A stretch of 64,000 nt of DNA from Minisyncoccota bacterium (GCA_023264145.1 JALQTA010000001.1:15465-79464), one strand, 5' to 3'; counted from the first letter of the stretch, positions 10,473 through 20,370 are shown. Numbers and translations: made by a program. The notes: generated from the sequence alone by a model not told the origin.

Positions 10473-11486
10473 CTAATCACAGCTAAGACCACTACGAAGA
10501 TTTTTTAGATTATCTTCCATGATAGTAATAAAGGATGTATTTGATTCAAACTGAGCTTGTGTGATATTGTGAGCACCATTGAGCATAAGAATAGGAACAC
10601 CTGTTTCATTTGATACGGTCTCCGCAATACGAGGCTCTATCAGTTCTTCACTAAAGACTGCTTGAGCATTTTCGGCTCGGATGGTTTTTACCAGATTCGC
10701 AATATCTTGAGCGGAAGGTTCACTATTAGGACTTAATTCTTCAGTTGTTACATATTCAAGATTGTATTTTTTTGCTAAATATCCAAATGTTCTATGTCCA
10801 GCTTGAACGATAGTTCTATTTTTACACGTACCAAGAGTGGTAGAATATCGAGCATCTAGATTTTGAAGTTGTTGAATATAATTAGTAGTATTTGTTGTTA
10901 GGGTAGTATTATCAAATGTATTTAAAGAAGCGAGAGCTTCAGAGATGGTATTTGTTGCGGTAATAGTATTAGAGAAGTCTAACCAGAAATGAGGGTCTAG
11001 AGTATGATCTTCATGGTTTTTCTCTTCTTTATCATGTGCATGATCATCTTTTCCTCCATGATCGTGGCTATGCTCTTCTCCTTCAATAAGAGTAATATTT
11101 TTACTTGCGTCCACTACTATTACCGATGAAGGTAATGTTGCTACAATATCAGCTACCCAAGGTTCCATCTCATTCCCTGTATAAATAAATACATCTGCAT
11201 TTTGAATAGTCGTAATATCTTTAGGTGTTGGTTCAAATGAATGAGGCTCGACTCCTGGAGGGAGTAATAAAGAGACATCTCCCGTGTCAGCTGCTAATTG
11301 TTTGGCAATGTCATAGAGAGGAAATAATGTTGTAACAATAGTTACTTTTTCAGGAGTGACAGATTCAGAAGCATCATTGTTTTGTGGGGTTGATTGCCTA
11401 TTTTCACTGAGTACCAAGGTAACTGCGATAATACCCAAAATAATGGGAATGAAAAGAAGTAAAAGTCGAGATTTTTTCATATACAT
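10473..11486 (-). CDS. metal ABC transporter substrate-binding protein, ZnuA-like
   Basis: Signal/anchor peptide and a His/Asp/Glu-rich loop (EEHSHDHGGKDDHAHDKEEKNHEDH) characteristic of Zn-binding ZnuA proteins. Confidence 0.65.
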   Translation of the reverse strand: MYMKKSRLLLLFIPIILGIIAVTLVLSENRQSTPQNNDASESVTPEKVTIVTTLFPLYDIAKQLAADTGDVSLLLPPGVEPHSFEPTPKDITTIQNADVFIYTGNEMEPWVADIVATLPSSVIVVDASKNITLIEGEEHSHDHGGKDDHAHDKEEKNHEDHTLDPHFWLDFSNTITATNTISEALASLNTFDNTTLTTNTTNYIQQLQNLDARYSTTLGTCKNRTIVQAGHRTFGYLAKKYNLEYVTTEELSPNSEPSAQDIANLVKTIRAENAQAVFSEELIEPRIAETVSNETGVPILMLNGAHNITQAQFESNTSFITIMEDNLKNLRSGLSCD

Positions 11487-11593
11487 TATTATTTATACTA
11501 TGAATCAAATATATCATATATGCAAATTATTCGCAAATATCGAAAAAAGGGTGTGTTATACTATATATAGTGCATAAATAGTATAAATATCAT

Positions 11594-12229
11594 ATGATTG
11601 GGTTTATTCGTAAAAGTATAGGTATAGGATTGATATCAGGAGTTTTTTTTATTGTATATACTAATTCATCTATTAATCATGATTCTACTCCATTTGTAAC
11701 TAAGGATATACAATCACTTTCTCCACATCGAGTAGGGTTGGTACTGGGAACAAGTGAAAGAACAATGACAGGTCGTGATAACCCCTATTTTGTGAATCGT
11801 ATTAAAGCTGCCGTTGAACTATATGAAGCTGATAAAATTGAGAAAATCTTGGTAAGTGGTGATAATGCTCAAATTTCATATAATGAACCTCAGGCCATGA
11901 AGGAAGCCTTGCTTGCTCAAAATATTCCAGAGGGAGATATAGTACTTGATTATGCTGGATTTCGTACATTAGACTCAGTAATTAGGGCTCGCGAGGTATT
12001 TGGACAGACTGATATTATTATTGTGTCACAAGAGTTTCACGTGAAAAGAGCAGTATATATTGCTCGTACCAGAGGTATTGATGCAGAAGGATTTATTGCT
12101 GATGGAGTTCCATTATCTTCAGATATTCGTACTCAGATCCGAGAAATTTTAGCGAGAACTCAAGCTTGGAGTGATGTTCATATTCTTAATCGTCAGCCAA
12201 AGTTTTTGGGAGAAAAAGAAATAATATAA
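11594..12229 (+). CDS. DUF218 (SanA/ElyC/YdcF-family) protein
   Basis: N-terminal TM segment and an ILVSGDN-type core. Confidence 0.4.
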   Translation: MIGFIRKSIGIGLISGVFFIVYTNSSINHDSTPFVTKDIQSLSPHRVGLVLGTSERTMTGRDNPYFVNRIKAAVELYEADKIEKILVSGDNAQISYNEPQAMKEALLAQNIPEGDIVLDYAGFRTLDSVIRAREVFGQTDIIIVSQEFHVKRAVYIARTRGIDAEGFIADGVPLSSDIRTQIREILARTQAWSDVHILNRQPKFLGEKEII

Positions 12230-12233
12230 ATCT

Positions 12234-12263
12234 AAAAAGAGAGTTCATATGAACTCTCTTTTT
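12234..12263. terminator. 30-bp perfect palindrome AAAAAGAGAGTTCATATGAACTCTCTTTTT, a bidirectional intrinsic terminator between convergent genes
   Basis: Perfect inverted repeat with an A-run on one side and a T-run on the other. It sits between the convergent 11594..12229(+) and 12282..12482(-) genes. Confidence 0.55.
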
Positions 12264-12281
12264 AGATTATGGGAGTTATTA

Positions 12282-12482
12282 TTAAGCAGCGAGGCTTTTA
12301 TTAATAGTTCGAATACAAGTGGTACAGGCCTTTACTTTGGTTCCATCAGGAAGCGTATAAGGCTGTACATTTACTTTTTGAGTATGCTTACTGGTAGGGT
12401 TATAATTTCCACGCAATAATTTACGCTTGGTTACAACCATCGCTTTTTTTGTACAAATTGGTAATTCACATCGTCGAGACAT
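12282..12482 (-). CDS. zinc-ribbon ribosomal protein, L28/L33 family (probably L28)
   Basis: 66 aa, MSRRCELPIC...CTTC four-Cys ribbon with a basic composition. The N-terminus resembles L28. Confidence 0.4.
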   Translation of the reverse strand: MSRRCELPICTKKAMVVTKRKLLRGNYNPTSKHTQKVNVQPYTLPDGTKVKACTTCIRTINKSLAA

Positions 12483-12565
12483 ACTATAAAATTAACGGTA
12501 TTATTGAGATTAATGACAAAATATGGTATTATTATACCGGTAAAGATAATAAAAGTCAACTCCTT

Positions 12566-13195
12566 ATGGATATAGCTATTACATTAATTTTATTTCAAAT
12601 TATTATATTGATTTTTGCAGTTATTGTTCATGAGGTATCTCATGGAGTCATTGCCTTGGCTCTTGGCGATCCAACAGCCAAACTAGCGGGAAGATTAACA
12701 TTGAATCCTATTCCTCATATTGATATATACGGATCTATTATTCTTCCCGTATTAATGGGGGTACTGAGTAGTGGGGCATTTATGTTTGGGTATGCAAAAC
12801 CAGTACCGTTTAACCCATATTTGTTGAGAGATCAAAAATGGGGTCCAGCTTTGGTAGCTTTAGCGGGACCTGGTTCTAATATATTATTAGCCTTAGGATT
12901 AGGAGCATTATATCGTATCGCGGGATTATTTATGGTTATACCTACAGAAATAGGACAGCTATTTGGTATTGCTATTATTATCAATATTGTCCTTGCGGTT
13001 TTTAATTCAATTCCCATTCCGCCTCTAGATGGGTCGAAAATGATTGCACCTTTTCTTCCATACCGTGTATTAAGAAGCCAAGCTTATACGGTATTAGAAC
13101 AGCAAGGTATGTTTTTGGTCTTGCTCTTTGCATTATTTGGATTTAGATTATTAAGTCCTATTGTTTTTGGATTAGCTAATCTTATTTTGGGGTAG
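12566..13195 (+). CDS. M50/site-2-protease-family membrane zinc metalloprotease
   Basis: HEVSHG HExxH motif inside a TM helix. The start is moved to MDIAITL, because the track start at 12449 overlaps the opposite-strand ribosomal protein gene. Confidence 0.5.
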   Translation: MDIAITLILFQIIILIFAVIVHEVSHGVIALALGDPTAKLAGRLTLNPIPHIDIYGSIILPVLMGVLSSGAFMFGYAKPVPFNPYLLRDQKWGPALVALAGPGSNILLALGLGALYRIAGLFMVIPTEIGQLFGIAIIINIVLAVFNSIPIPPLDGSKMIAPFLPYRVLRSQAYTVLEQQGMFLVLLFALFGFRLLSPIVFGLANLILG

Positions 13196-13196
13196 T

Positions 13197-13475
13197 ATGC
13201 ATGTGAGTCTTATTGTTTCAGGACGAGTGCAAATGGTGAGATTTCGTGTATTTGTTGTAAAGTGGGCGCAATACTATGATGTTTGCGGAACAGTTCAAAA
13301 TAATGGAGATGGAACGGTGAAAATTGAAGCATGGGGAAGTAAAGAATCCTTACAATTACTCATACAAAAAGTACATAAAGGATCTCGACTGTCTCGCGTT
13401 GACAATGTGGCTGAGGTTTGGGATAATAAGGGGTATAGTAATTCAGAACCTCGGATTTTTAAGTTAATACACTGA
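13197..13475 (+). CDS. acyP: acylphosphatase
   Basis: VSGRVQMVRFRVFV matches acylphosphatase signature 1; 92 aa. Confidence 0.6.
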   Translation: MHVSLIVSGRVQMVRFRVFVVKWAQYYDVCGTVQNNGDGTVKIEAWGSKESLQLLIQKVHKGSRLSRVDNVAEVWDNKGYSNSEPRIFKLIH

Positions 13476-13477
13476 AT

Positions 13478-13933
13478 ATGATACAGATACTCCTTATAGA
13501 AAATGTTCCCAAAATCGGTAAGAAAGGTGATATTGTTACCGTATCAGATGGATATGGAAGAAACTTTTTGATCCGTAAACATATGGGAGTTATCCCTACT
13601 TCTCAAGATATTGCTAAATATAAAGCTCAGATTGATAAAGCTCATTACACAGAACAAGCAAGAATACAAGAGTTACAACAGTTAAAAGAAAAGTTAGAAG
13701 CTTATTCCATTACCTTTACTGTTAAGACAAATAAAGAAGGGCATTTATTCGGTGCTATTAAGGAATCAGATATTATATTACGTATTAAAGATTCTTTTGG
13801 TATATCCCTAGATAAATCAATGATAATCATTGATCATCCAATTAAAGCAATTGGAGAATATACTGTTCAAGTACATTTAACCCCTATTATCAAAACTAAG
13901 ATACAACTGTATGTCAAATCGGAAATCGAGTAA
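13478..13933 (+). CDS. rplI: 50S ribosomal protein L9
   Basis: MIQILLIENVPKIGKKGDIVTVSDGYGRNFLI is a classic L9 N-domain. Confidence 0.8.
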   Translation: MIQILLIENVPKIGKKGDIVTVSDGYGRNFLIRKHMGVIPTSQDIAKYKAQIDKAHYTEQARIQELQQLKEKLEAYSITFTVKTNKEGHLFGAIKESDIILRIKDSFGISLDKSMIIIDHPIKAIGEYTVQVHLTPIIKTKIQLYVKSEIE

Positions 13934-15566
13934 AGCAAAAAAATCTAATCCCAAATATATCTTTGTAGTAGGTGGGGTAATGTCAGGAGTAGGGAAGGGG
14001 ATTACTACTTCATCTATGGGCCTCATTCTTCAATCAAGAGGGTTTAATGTGACGGCAGTTAAAATTGACCCCTATGTTAATGTTGACGCGGGTACAATGA
14101 ATCCTCTTGAACATGGGGAAACTTTTGTGTTAGCGGATGGATTGGAATGTGATCAGGATATGGGAAATTATGAAAGATTTCTTGATACGCAATTGACGCG
14201 TACTAATTATATGACTACAGGATCAATTTATTTGTCAGTTATTGAGCAGGAAAGAGCATTAAAATTTGGAGGTAAATGTGTAAGTGTAGTTCCTCATATT
14301 CCTAATGAAGTTATACAGCGAATCAAAAGGGCACAGCAAGAACAAGATGCAGACATTACTATTGTAGAGATTGGTGGGACGGCAGGAGAATATGAAAATT
14401 TACTCTTTTTAGACGCAGCTCGTCTTTTGAAATTAGAAAATCCTCAAGATGTGTTATTTGTATTGGTAAGTTATTTACCTATTCCAAATAAAATTGGAGA
14501 AATGAAAACCAAACCAACTCAACATGCCTCACGTTTGCTCAATAGTGCCGGTATTCAAGCAGATATGATTATTGCACGTTCTACTCATGCATTAGACGAG
14601 ATTAGGAAACAAAAACTTTCTGTTATGTGTAATGTTTCAGTAGATGATGTTATCTCAGCTCCAGATGTTGATAGTATTTATCATGTACCGATTAATTTTG
14701 AAGATGATAATGTTTCTACAAAAATATTAAAAAAATTAGATCTAAGGCCACGTAAAAGAGATTTAAAAGAATGGACATCATTTACCCAAAAAATTGATGC
14801 AGCTAATAAAGAGGTTAAAATTGGAATTGTCGGGAAATATTTCAGTAGTGGTAACTTTGTATTGAGTGATGCCTATATTTCTGTGATTGAGGCAATTAAG
14901 CATGCAAGTTATTTTTATCGTATTAAGCCAGTAATAGATTGGATAGATAGTGCTGATTTTGAAAATGATCCTAAAAAAGTTTCAACCTTAAAACAATATG
15001 ATGGAATTATTATTCCAGGTGGATTTGGTGAGCGTGGGGTAGAGGGTAAATTAAAAGTAATACAATATATTCGCGAAAATAAAATTCCTTATCTAGGTTT
15101 GTGTTATGGGATGCAACTCGCTGTAGTAGAGTTTGCACGTAATGTTGCGAAAATCAAGAATGCACATACCGCAGAAATAGATCCTAAAACTTCAGATCCA
15201 GTAATTCATATTATGCCTGGGCAAGATACCAATATAGAACAAGGTTCTATGGGAGCTACTATGAGATTAGGAGAATATGTATGTGATATTACCCCAAAGA
15301 CATTAACGCGAAAACTCTATAATAGCGCTCAGGTTCAAGAGAGGCATCGTCACCGATATGAGGTCAATAATACCTATCGTGAAGAATTAGAAAAAGCAGG
15401 ACTTACCATTGCTGGAGTAAACCCAGATAATGATTTAGTGGAAATTATTGAAATTCCAAAACACCCATTCTTTATTGGAACTCAATTCCATCCTGAATTG
15501 CTATCTCATCCAACAAATCCACATCCGCTATTTAAGGGATTTATTAAAGCTTGTCACAAAAAGTAA
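13911..15566 (+). CDS. pyrG: CTP synthase
   Basis: YIFVVGGVMSGVGKG N-terminus and a C-terminal glutamine amidotransferase domain (GLCYGMQ, HRHRYEVN). A 15-aa basic N-terminal extension overlaps the end of rplI, so the true start is uncertain. Confidence 0.85.
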   Translation: MSNRKSSKAKKSNPKYIFVVGGVMSGVGKGITTSSMGLILQSRGFNVTAVKIDPYVNVDAGTMNPLEHGETFVLADGLECDQDMGNYERFLDTQLTRTNYMTTGSIYLSVIEQERALKFGGKCVSVVPHIPNEVIQRIKRAQQEQDADITIVEIGGTAGEYENLLFLDAARLLKLENPQDVLFVLVSYLPIPNKIGEMKTKPTQHASRLLNSAGIQADMIIARSTHALDEIRKQKLSVMCNVSVDDVISAPDVDSIYHVPINFEDDNVSTKILKKLDLRPRKRDLKEWTSFTQKIDAANKEVKIGIVGKYFSSGNFVLSDAYISVIEAIKHASYFYRIKPVIDWIDSADFENDPKKVSTLKQYDGIIIPGGFGERGVEGKLKVIQYIRENKIPYLGLCYGMQLAVVEFARNVAKIKNAHTAEIDPKTSDPVIHIMPGQDTNIEQGSMGATMRLGEYVCDITPKTLTRKLYNSAQVQERHRHRYEVNNTYREELEKAGLTIAGVNPDNDLVEIIEIPKHPFFIGTQFHPELLSHPTNPHPLFKGFIKACHKK

Positions 15567-15591
15567 ATAGAGAAAGGAAGAAGTGTCCATA

Positions 15592-15620
15592 TTGACAAAT
15601 ATACACTTTTATTGTATAAT
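15592..15620 (+). promoter_or_regulatory. consensus sigma70-type promoter TTGACA-17-TATAAT upstream of rpsP
   Basis: TTGACA at 15592..15597, a 17-nt spacer and TATAAT at 15615..15620, about 40 nt upstream of the rpsP start. Confidence 0.5.
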
Positions 15621-15658
15621 TGTGAGAAGTATAGTATAAATTATAGTTATTAGAAGAT

Positions 15659-15940
15659 ATGTTGCGAATTCGATTGTCCCGAGTAGGAAAGAAAAACACT
15701 CCTATTTATAAAGTAGTTGTAGCGGAAAAATCACGACCAGTAAAGGGGAAATTTATCGAATCTTTGGGAGTATATAATCCAGGGAATAAAGATCAGTCTC
15801 TTAATGCTGAAAGAATTAAATATTGGATTTCAGTAGGAGCACAGCCTTCACAAACTGTACATAATCTTTTAGTTAGACATAATATTATTGAAGCGACAAA
15901 AATTCCAGTAACTCGATTCAAGGCGAGTGAATCAAAATAA
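15659..15940 (+). CDS. rpsP: 30S ribosomal protein S16
   Basis: MLRIRLSRVGKKNTPIYKVVVAE is a classic S16 N-terminus. Confidence 0.85.
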   Translation: MLRIRLSRVGKKNTPIYKVVVAEKSRPVKGKFIESLGVYNPGNKDQSLNAERIKYWISVGAQPSQTVHNLLVRHNIIEATKIPVTRFKASESK

Positions 15941-16105
15941 TATCAATCATAGACTTTACTAATCAGGAGTATTAAGAGTTCGAATCTCTTAAGTCTACAT
16001 TTTTTAGAGGAAACACCATTTCTGTTTGTATTAACATGATAATTTTAGATACGAGACAGTTATAGGAGATATACTCTTGAAGAAAAATAGTATTAATAAC
16101 AGTAT

Positions 16106-17872
16106 ATGCAATCAAAACGACCGCAAAATCAGTCACAGTTCAAGAACAATCGTTCTCGATCTCAGGGTAAGAATTTTGCTCAAAAACGAACCATTCCCGA
16201 GACATCTCGACAAGCCTTAAAAATTATTCCTCTTGGAGGATTAGATGGAGTAGGGAAAAACATGTATCTCTTTGAACAAGAGAATGATATTTTAATTGTG
16301 GATATGGGGCTTCAAATGCCTGGAGCAAATCAACCGGGTATTGATTATCTTATCCCTAATACGCAATATTTATTAGCTAATAGTACGAAAATCAAGGGAG
16401 TTGTACTTACCTCTCCGCATCCTGATCATATTGGAGCGGTACCGTATTTATTACACCTATTCCCTAATTTACATATTTATGCAACAGAGGCATTATTTGC
16501 TATCTTAGAATCTCGACAAGATTTTTATTCTCAAGGAGTGAAGTATAAAAAACATATTATTAAACCCTATAATTCAGTTCGTGTAGGATCATTTAAGATT
16601 AATACCTTTCCTGTTCCGTTTAATGTTACTGGTGCAGTAGGTCTATGTATTTATACGATGCAAGGTAAGGTGTTTTATTTATCAAGTTATAAATTAGATA
16701 CTGAAGAGGTATCGACTCAGAGTGAAATGCTTGATTATGTAAAGGAGTTAGCTGGAGGAGATGCTTTTGCTTTATTATCAGGGAGTATTGCTAGTGAGTC
16801 AAAAGGGTTAGCTCCTACGGAAGCATCGATAGCTACCTATATCAATGAAGTAGTTTCTCGAAAAACAGGAACTATTTATATTGCAACCTTTCCATCAATG
16901 GTAGGAAGAATGCAGCAAATTGTCAGTGCTGTAGAGGCTCATAACAAACATTTATTTATTGAAGGTAAAAGTTTACTGAATACCTTTAATACCTGTCGTA
17001 AAAAGGGAATGATTCAAATTCAATCAGGGACCATTGTAGGACCAAGTTTACTTCCTGATATTCCTCGTGAATCATTAGTCATTTTGATTTCTGGATCTCA
17101 TGGAGATGATATTCCTCATTTGATGAAACTTGCCAATAATGACCATAATACCTTTACCATTCAAGCTGGAGATATTGTGATGTATCCAGGAGCACTTATT
17201 CCAGGAAATGCTCGATCAGCAGCGAAGGTGAATGATAATTTTGCGAAATTAGGAGCCTTTGTAGAATATTATCAGCCCCTAGATACTCAACATAGTGCTT
17301 ATGCACGACAAGAGGATACCTTAGCTCTCTTAAAAGCTATTCGGCCTAAATACTATATTCCTATCTCGGGATCTCATCATTTATTGAGATCTAGCGGGGA
17401 TATTGCTATTACAGGAGGATATCCTGATCGTAATGTAGTAGTAGGAATGAATGGAAAAGTAATATTATTTGATTATAAACAAAGACGTATTACACCAGAA
17501 AAAGTACCTACTACCGATGTTATTGTAGATGGTCTTGGAGTTGGAGATCTTACTAATGTAGTGATTCATGACAGACAAACTATGTCTGAAGAAGGAATTT
17601 TACATATCGTAGCTTTATTAAATCCTGATGCAAGATCTTTGGTGGGAGATATTGTAGTTGTTTCAAAAGGCTTTGTGGACAATGAATCTTCTGAAAAATT
17701 GTTTAATGAAATTAAAGAACAGACTCGACTTATTATTATGGCACTTCTTGCGCAATCTGATGAAGTAAATATGTCATATATTCGTGATGAAGTGAAAGAA
17801 AATATTAGTCGACTCCTTCTTACTAAAACTGAGCGTAGACCAATGCTTATTCCTATAATAATGAATATTTAA
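16106..17872 (+). CDS. ribonuclease J paralog 1 (metallo-beta-lactamase/beta-CASP), motif 2 degenerate
   Basis: RNase J architecture with an N-terminal basic tail. Motif 2 reads SPHPDH rather than HxHxDH. Confidence 0.65.
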   Translation: MQSKRPQNQSQFKNNRSRSQGKNFAQKRTIPETSRQALKIIPLGGLDGVGKNMYLFEQENDILIVDMGLQMPGANQPGIDYLIPNTQYLLANSTKIKGVVLTSPHPDHIGAVPYLLHLFPNLHIYATEALFAILESRQDFYSQGVKYKKHIIKPYNSVRVGSFKINTFPVPFNVTGAVGLCIYTMQGKVFYLSSYKLDTEEVSTQSEMLDYVKELAGGDAFALLSGSIASESKGLAPTEASIATYINEVVSRKTGTIYIATFPSMVGRMQQIVSAVEAHNKHLFIEGKSLLNTFNTCRKKGMIQIQSGTIVGPSLLPDIPRESLVILISGSHGDDIPHLMKLANNDHNTFTIQAGDIVMYPGALIPGNARSAAKVNDNFAKLGAFVEYYQPLDTQHSAYARQEDTLALLKAIRPKYYIPISGSHHLLRSSGDIAITGGYPDRNVVVGMNGKVILFDYKQRRITPEKVPTTDVIVDGLGVGDLTNVVIHDRQTMSEEGILHIVALLNPDARSLVGDIVVVSKGFVDNESSEKLFNEIKEQTRLIIMALLAQSDEVNMSYIRDEVKENISRLLLTKTERRPMLIPIIMNI

Positions 17873-17873
17873 T

Positions 17874-19649
17874 ATGAAATCATATCATCATTCTGAAGTT
17901 AAGAGAGGAACTACTTTTATAAATGACTTAAGTCATCAAAGTAATCAATATCTTAATGCAAAAGAACCATTTAATACTAAAGACCCGCTGTTGAAGATTA
18001 TTCCCTTAGGAGGATCAGAAGAGATTGGAGGTCGAAATATGACTGTTATCGAATACGGGAAAGATATCCTTATAGTGGATATGGGGATGAAATTCCCTGA
18101 AGAAGATCAGCCTGGTGTTGATTATATTATCCCTAATCCAAGTTATCTCAAGGGTAAGGAAGATAATATTCGAGCCGTTCTGATTACTCATGGTCATATG
18201 GACCATATTGGGGGAGTTCCTCAAGTAATGGCTATGATTGGAAATCCTCCTATTTATGCTCCTGCATTACCATTAGCTATGATGCAAAGAAGACAAAGTG
18301 AATTTACGAGTCTTCCTCAGCTGAATGGAAAAGTAATTAAACTGAATGAAAAGTTAAAATTTGGGGTATTTACGGTAACATTTTTACATATTAATCACAG
18401 TATTCCAGATTCTACGATGATTAAAATAGAAACTCCAGAAGGAACTATTTTACATACAGGAGATTTTAAAATTGACGCCACTCCATTAGGAGAAGAGCCA
18501 GCAGATTTAGATATGTATCGTAAAATTGGTGATGAAGGAGTATTATTAATGCTCTCAGATAGTACTAGTATTTCTAAACCTGGGCATGCAATTTCTGAGA
18601 CTACAATTCAGAATAATATTGATGCTATTTTTGAAAATGCTACGGGAAAAGTGATTGTTACTACCTTCTCAAGTGCTCTGAATCGTATTCAGCAAATGAT
18701 ACATATTTCTGAGAAATATAATCGCAAGGTAGTTATCGAGGGATTTAGTATGAAGACAAATATTCAAATTTTACATGAAATTGGATATGCTCATTTTTCA
18801 CCTCAGACCGTTATTAGTGCCCAAGAAGCACGGAATTTACCCCCTGAGAATTTGACTATCATTTGTACAGGAGCTCAAGGAGATGAACGTTCTGCATTAA
18901 CACGAATGGCAAATCGTGAACATCGTAATTTTCATATCGAAAAAGGGGATACGGTAGTATTTTCATCTTCCGTAGTACCAGGAAATGAAGAATCTGTACA
19001 AAAAATTAAAGATGCTCTTGCTCGTCAAAGAGCAAATATTATTCACTATAAAATGTTAGATGTACATGTTGGAGGACATGGTCATCGAGAAGATTTGAAG
19101 CAAATGTTAGAGTTAATTCGACCTAAGTATTTACAACCTATTTATGGAGACTTTTATTCTCTTAAATCGCATAGTGATATGGCTCAAGAAATTGGTATGG
19201 ACCGAGATCATATTTTATTAACAGATAATGGTCGAGTAATTCAGGTTTATAAAGGTGAAGCTCGAGTGACAACAGAAAAAGTGAATGCAAGTACTATGAT
19301 GGTAGATGGATTGGGAGTGGGGGACTTGAAAGAAGTTGTTATTCGTGATAGACAAGCTCTGGCCCAAGATGGAATTGTGACAGTTGTAATCTTAGTAAAT
19401 CTTAAACAACGTAAGGTGATACGAGAACCAGAAATTATCTCAAAGGGATTTGTTCATATGCAAACATCGACAAAGTTACTACAAACGATACAAAGTCGTG
19501 TACAAGAACATGTAGAGAAAAAGTTAGCTCATGGCGAAGATCAAAACATTGAATATATTCAGCAAACGGTACGGGAAGATTTAGGACTCTTTTTATTCAA
19601 GACAACTCAAAGACGACCGATGATTATTCCGGTTATTATTGAAATTTAA
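17874..19649 (+). CDS. rnj: ribonuclease J paralog 2 (canonical)
   Basis: ITHGHMDHIGG HxHxDH motif, a beta-CASP region and a C-terminal domain. It starts 2 nt after paralog 1. Confidence 0.8.
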   Translation: MKSYHHSEVKRGTTFINDLSHQSNQYLNAKEPFNTKDPLLKIIPLGGSEEIGGRNMTVIEYGKDILIVDMGMKFPEEDQPGVDYIIPNPSYLKGKEDNIRAVLITHGHMDHIGGVPQVMAMIGNPPIYAPALPLAMMQRRQSEFTSLPQLNGKVIKLNEKLKFGVFTVTFLHINHSIPDSTMIKIETPEGTILHTGDFKIDATPLGEEPADLDMYRKIGDEGVLLMLSDSTSISKPGHAISETTIQNNIDAIFENATGKVIVTTFSSALNRIQQMIHISEKYNRKVVIEGFSMKTNIQILHEIGYAHFSPQTVISAQEARNLPPENLTIICTGAQGDERSALTRMANREHRNFHIEKGDTVVFSSSVVPGNEESVQKIKDALARQRANIIHYKMLDVHVGGHGHREDLKQMLELIRPKYLQPIYGDFYSLKSHSDMAQEIGMDRDHILLTDNGRVIQVYKGEARVTTEKVNASTMMVDGLGVGDLKEVVIRDRQALAQDGIVTVVILVNLKQRKVIREPEIISKGFVHMQTSTKLLQTIQSRVQEHVEKKLAHGEDQNIEYIQQTVREDLGLFLFKTTQRRPMIIPVIIEI

Positions 19650-20370
19650 TCTTTCATCCATGAGCCCGATTCATCATAGTCAGGCATATCTTATCAAACA
19701 AATAGACTTACCAGATACGGATAGATTAGGGGTGTTTTATACCAGAGAGTATGGAAAGCAAACCTTACTCTTAAAGGGGATTAAAAAATCCACCTCAAAA
19801 TTACAGTATCGATTATATGATTGGGGGAAATCTGATATTGAGTTTATTGTAGGACGAAGTATATCGCGACTTATTGCCATTAAGGATATTGATTCATATG
19901 CAGATATTCATAGCAATATGAATAGTGTAGCTGTAATGGGGCTATTGTTTGAATTATTAGATCAGCTTACGGATGATAATCATCAGGATATTTCAGTGTT
20001 TGAATGTATTGATCAGTATACCTATCTTGTTCGTAACTATGCAGAGAAACCCTATAATCTTATTGGTTGGTTACTTGTTAGATTATTGTACACTCTAGGG
20101 TATGGAATGAATTTATCTCATTGTGTTGTGACAGGGAATACTAAAGCAAAAGATTTTGGTATCAGTATTCGTTCTGGTGGACTTGTGATATCTCAACTAC
20201 AATCAGATATAGATGATTATATTCCGGTTAATAAAGATTTGATTTATGTAATGAGACAATGGCAAAAGGGAGTTTGGGTAGAGATAGAAGATTTTCCCTG
20301 GATTATCGTACAATATCATTTACAATGGTATCGATTACATAGCAATTCATTAAGCTTATTAAAAGTATGA
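19639..20370 (+). CDS. recO: DNA repair protein RecO
   Basis: N-terminal OB-fold pattern (FYTREYGKQTLLLKGIKKSTSK) and a central LGYGMNLSHCVVTG block, both RecO-like. Confidence 0.55.
   Translation: MKFNLSSMSPIHHSQAYLIKQIDLPDTDRLGVFYTREYGKQTLLLKGIKKSTSKLQYRLYDWGKSDIEFIVGRSISRLIAIKDIDSYADIHSNMNSVAVMGLLFELLDQLTDDNHQDISVFECIDQYTYLVRNYAEKPYNLIGWLLVRLLYTLGYGMNLSHCVVTGNTKAKDFGISIRSGGLVISQLQSDIDDYIPVNKDLIYVMRQWQKGVWVEIEDFPWIIVQYHLQWYRLHSNSLSLLKV

Noticed and set aside
11356-11577. 73-aa plus-strand ORF overlapping the znuA 5' end and the divergent promoter region
   Set aside because: It lies inside and antisense to znuA and in AT-rich non-coding DNA. It has no RBS and a low-complexity product.
12449-12565. 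The 5' 39 codons of the track ORF 12449..13195
   Set aside because: They overlap the opposite-strand L28/L33-like gene. The M50 protease most likely starts at the internal Met (12566), right after the convergent region.
15941-16105. Hairpin TTAAGAG-ttcgaat-CTCTTAA followed by a T-run in the rpsP-rnj spacer, considered as an ncRNA
   Set aside because: The simplest reading is an intrinsic terminator for rpsP. It is too short and unstructured to support an ncRNA call.
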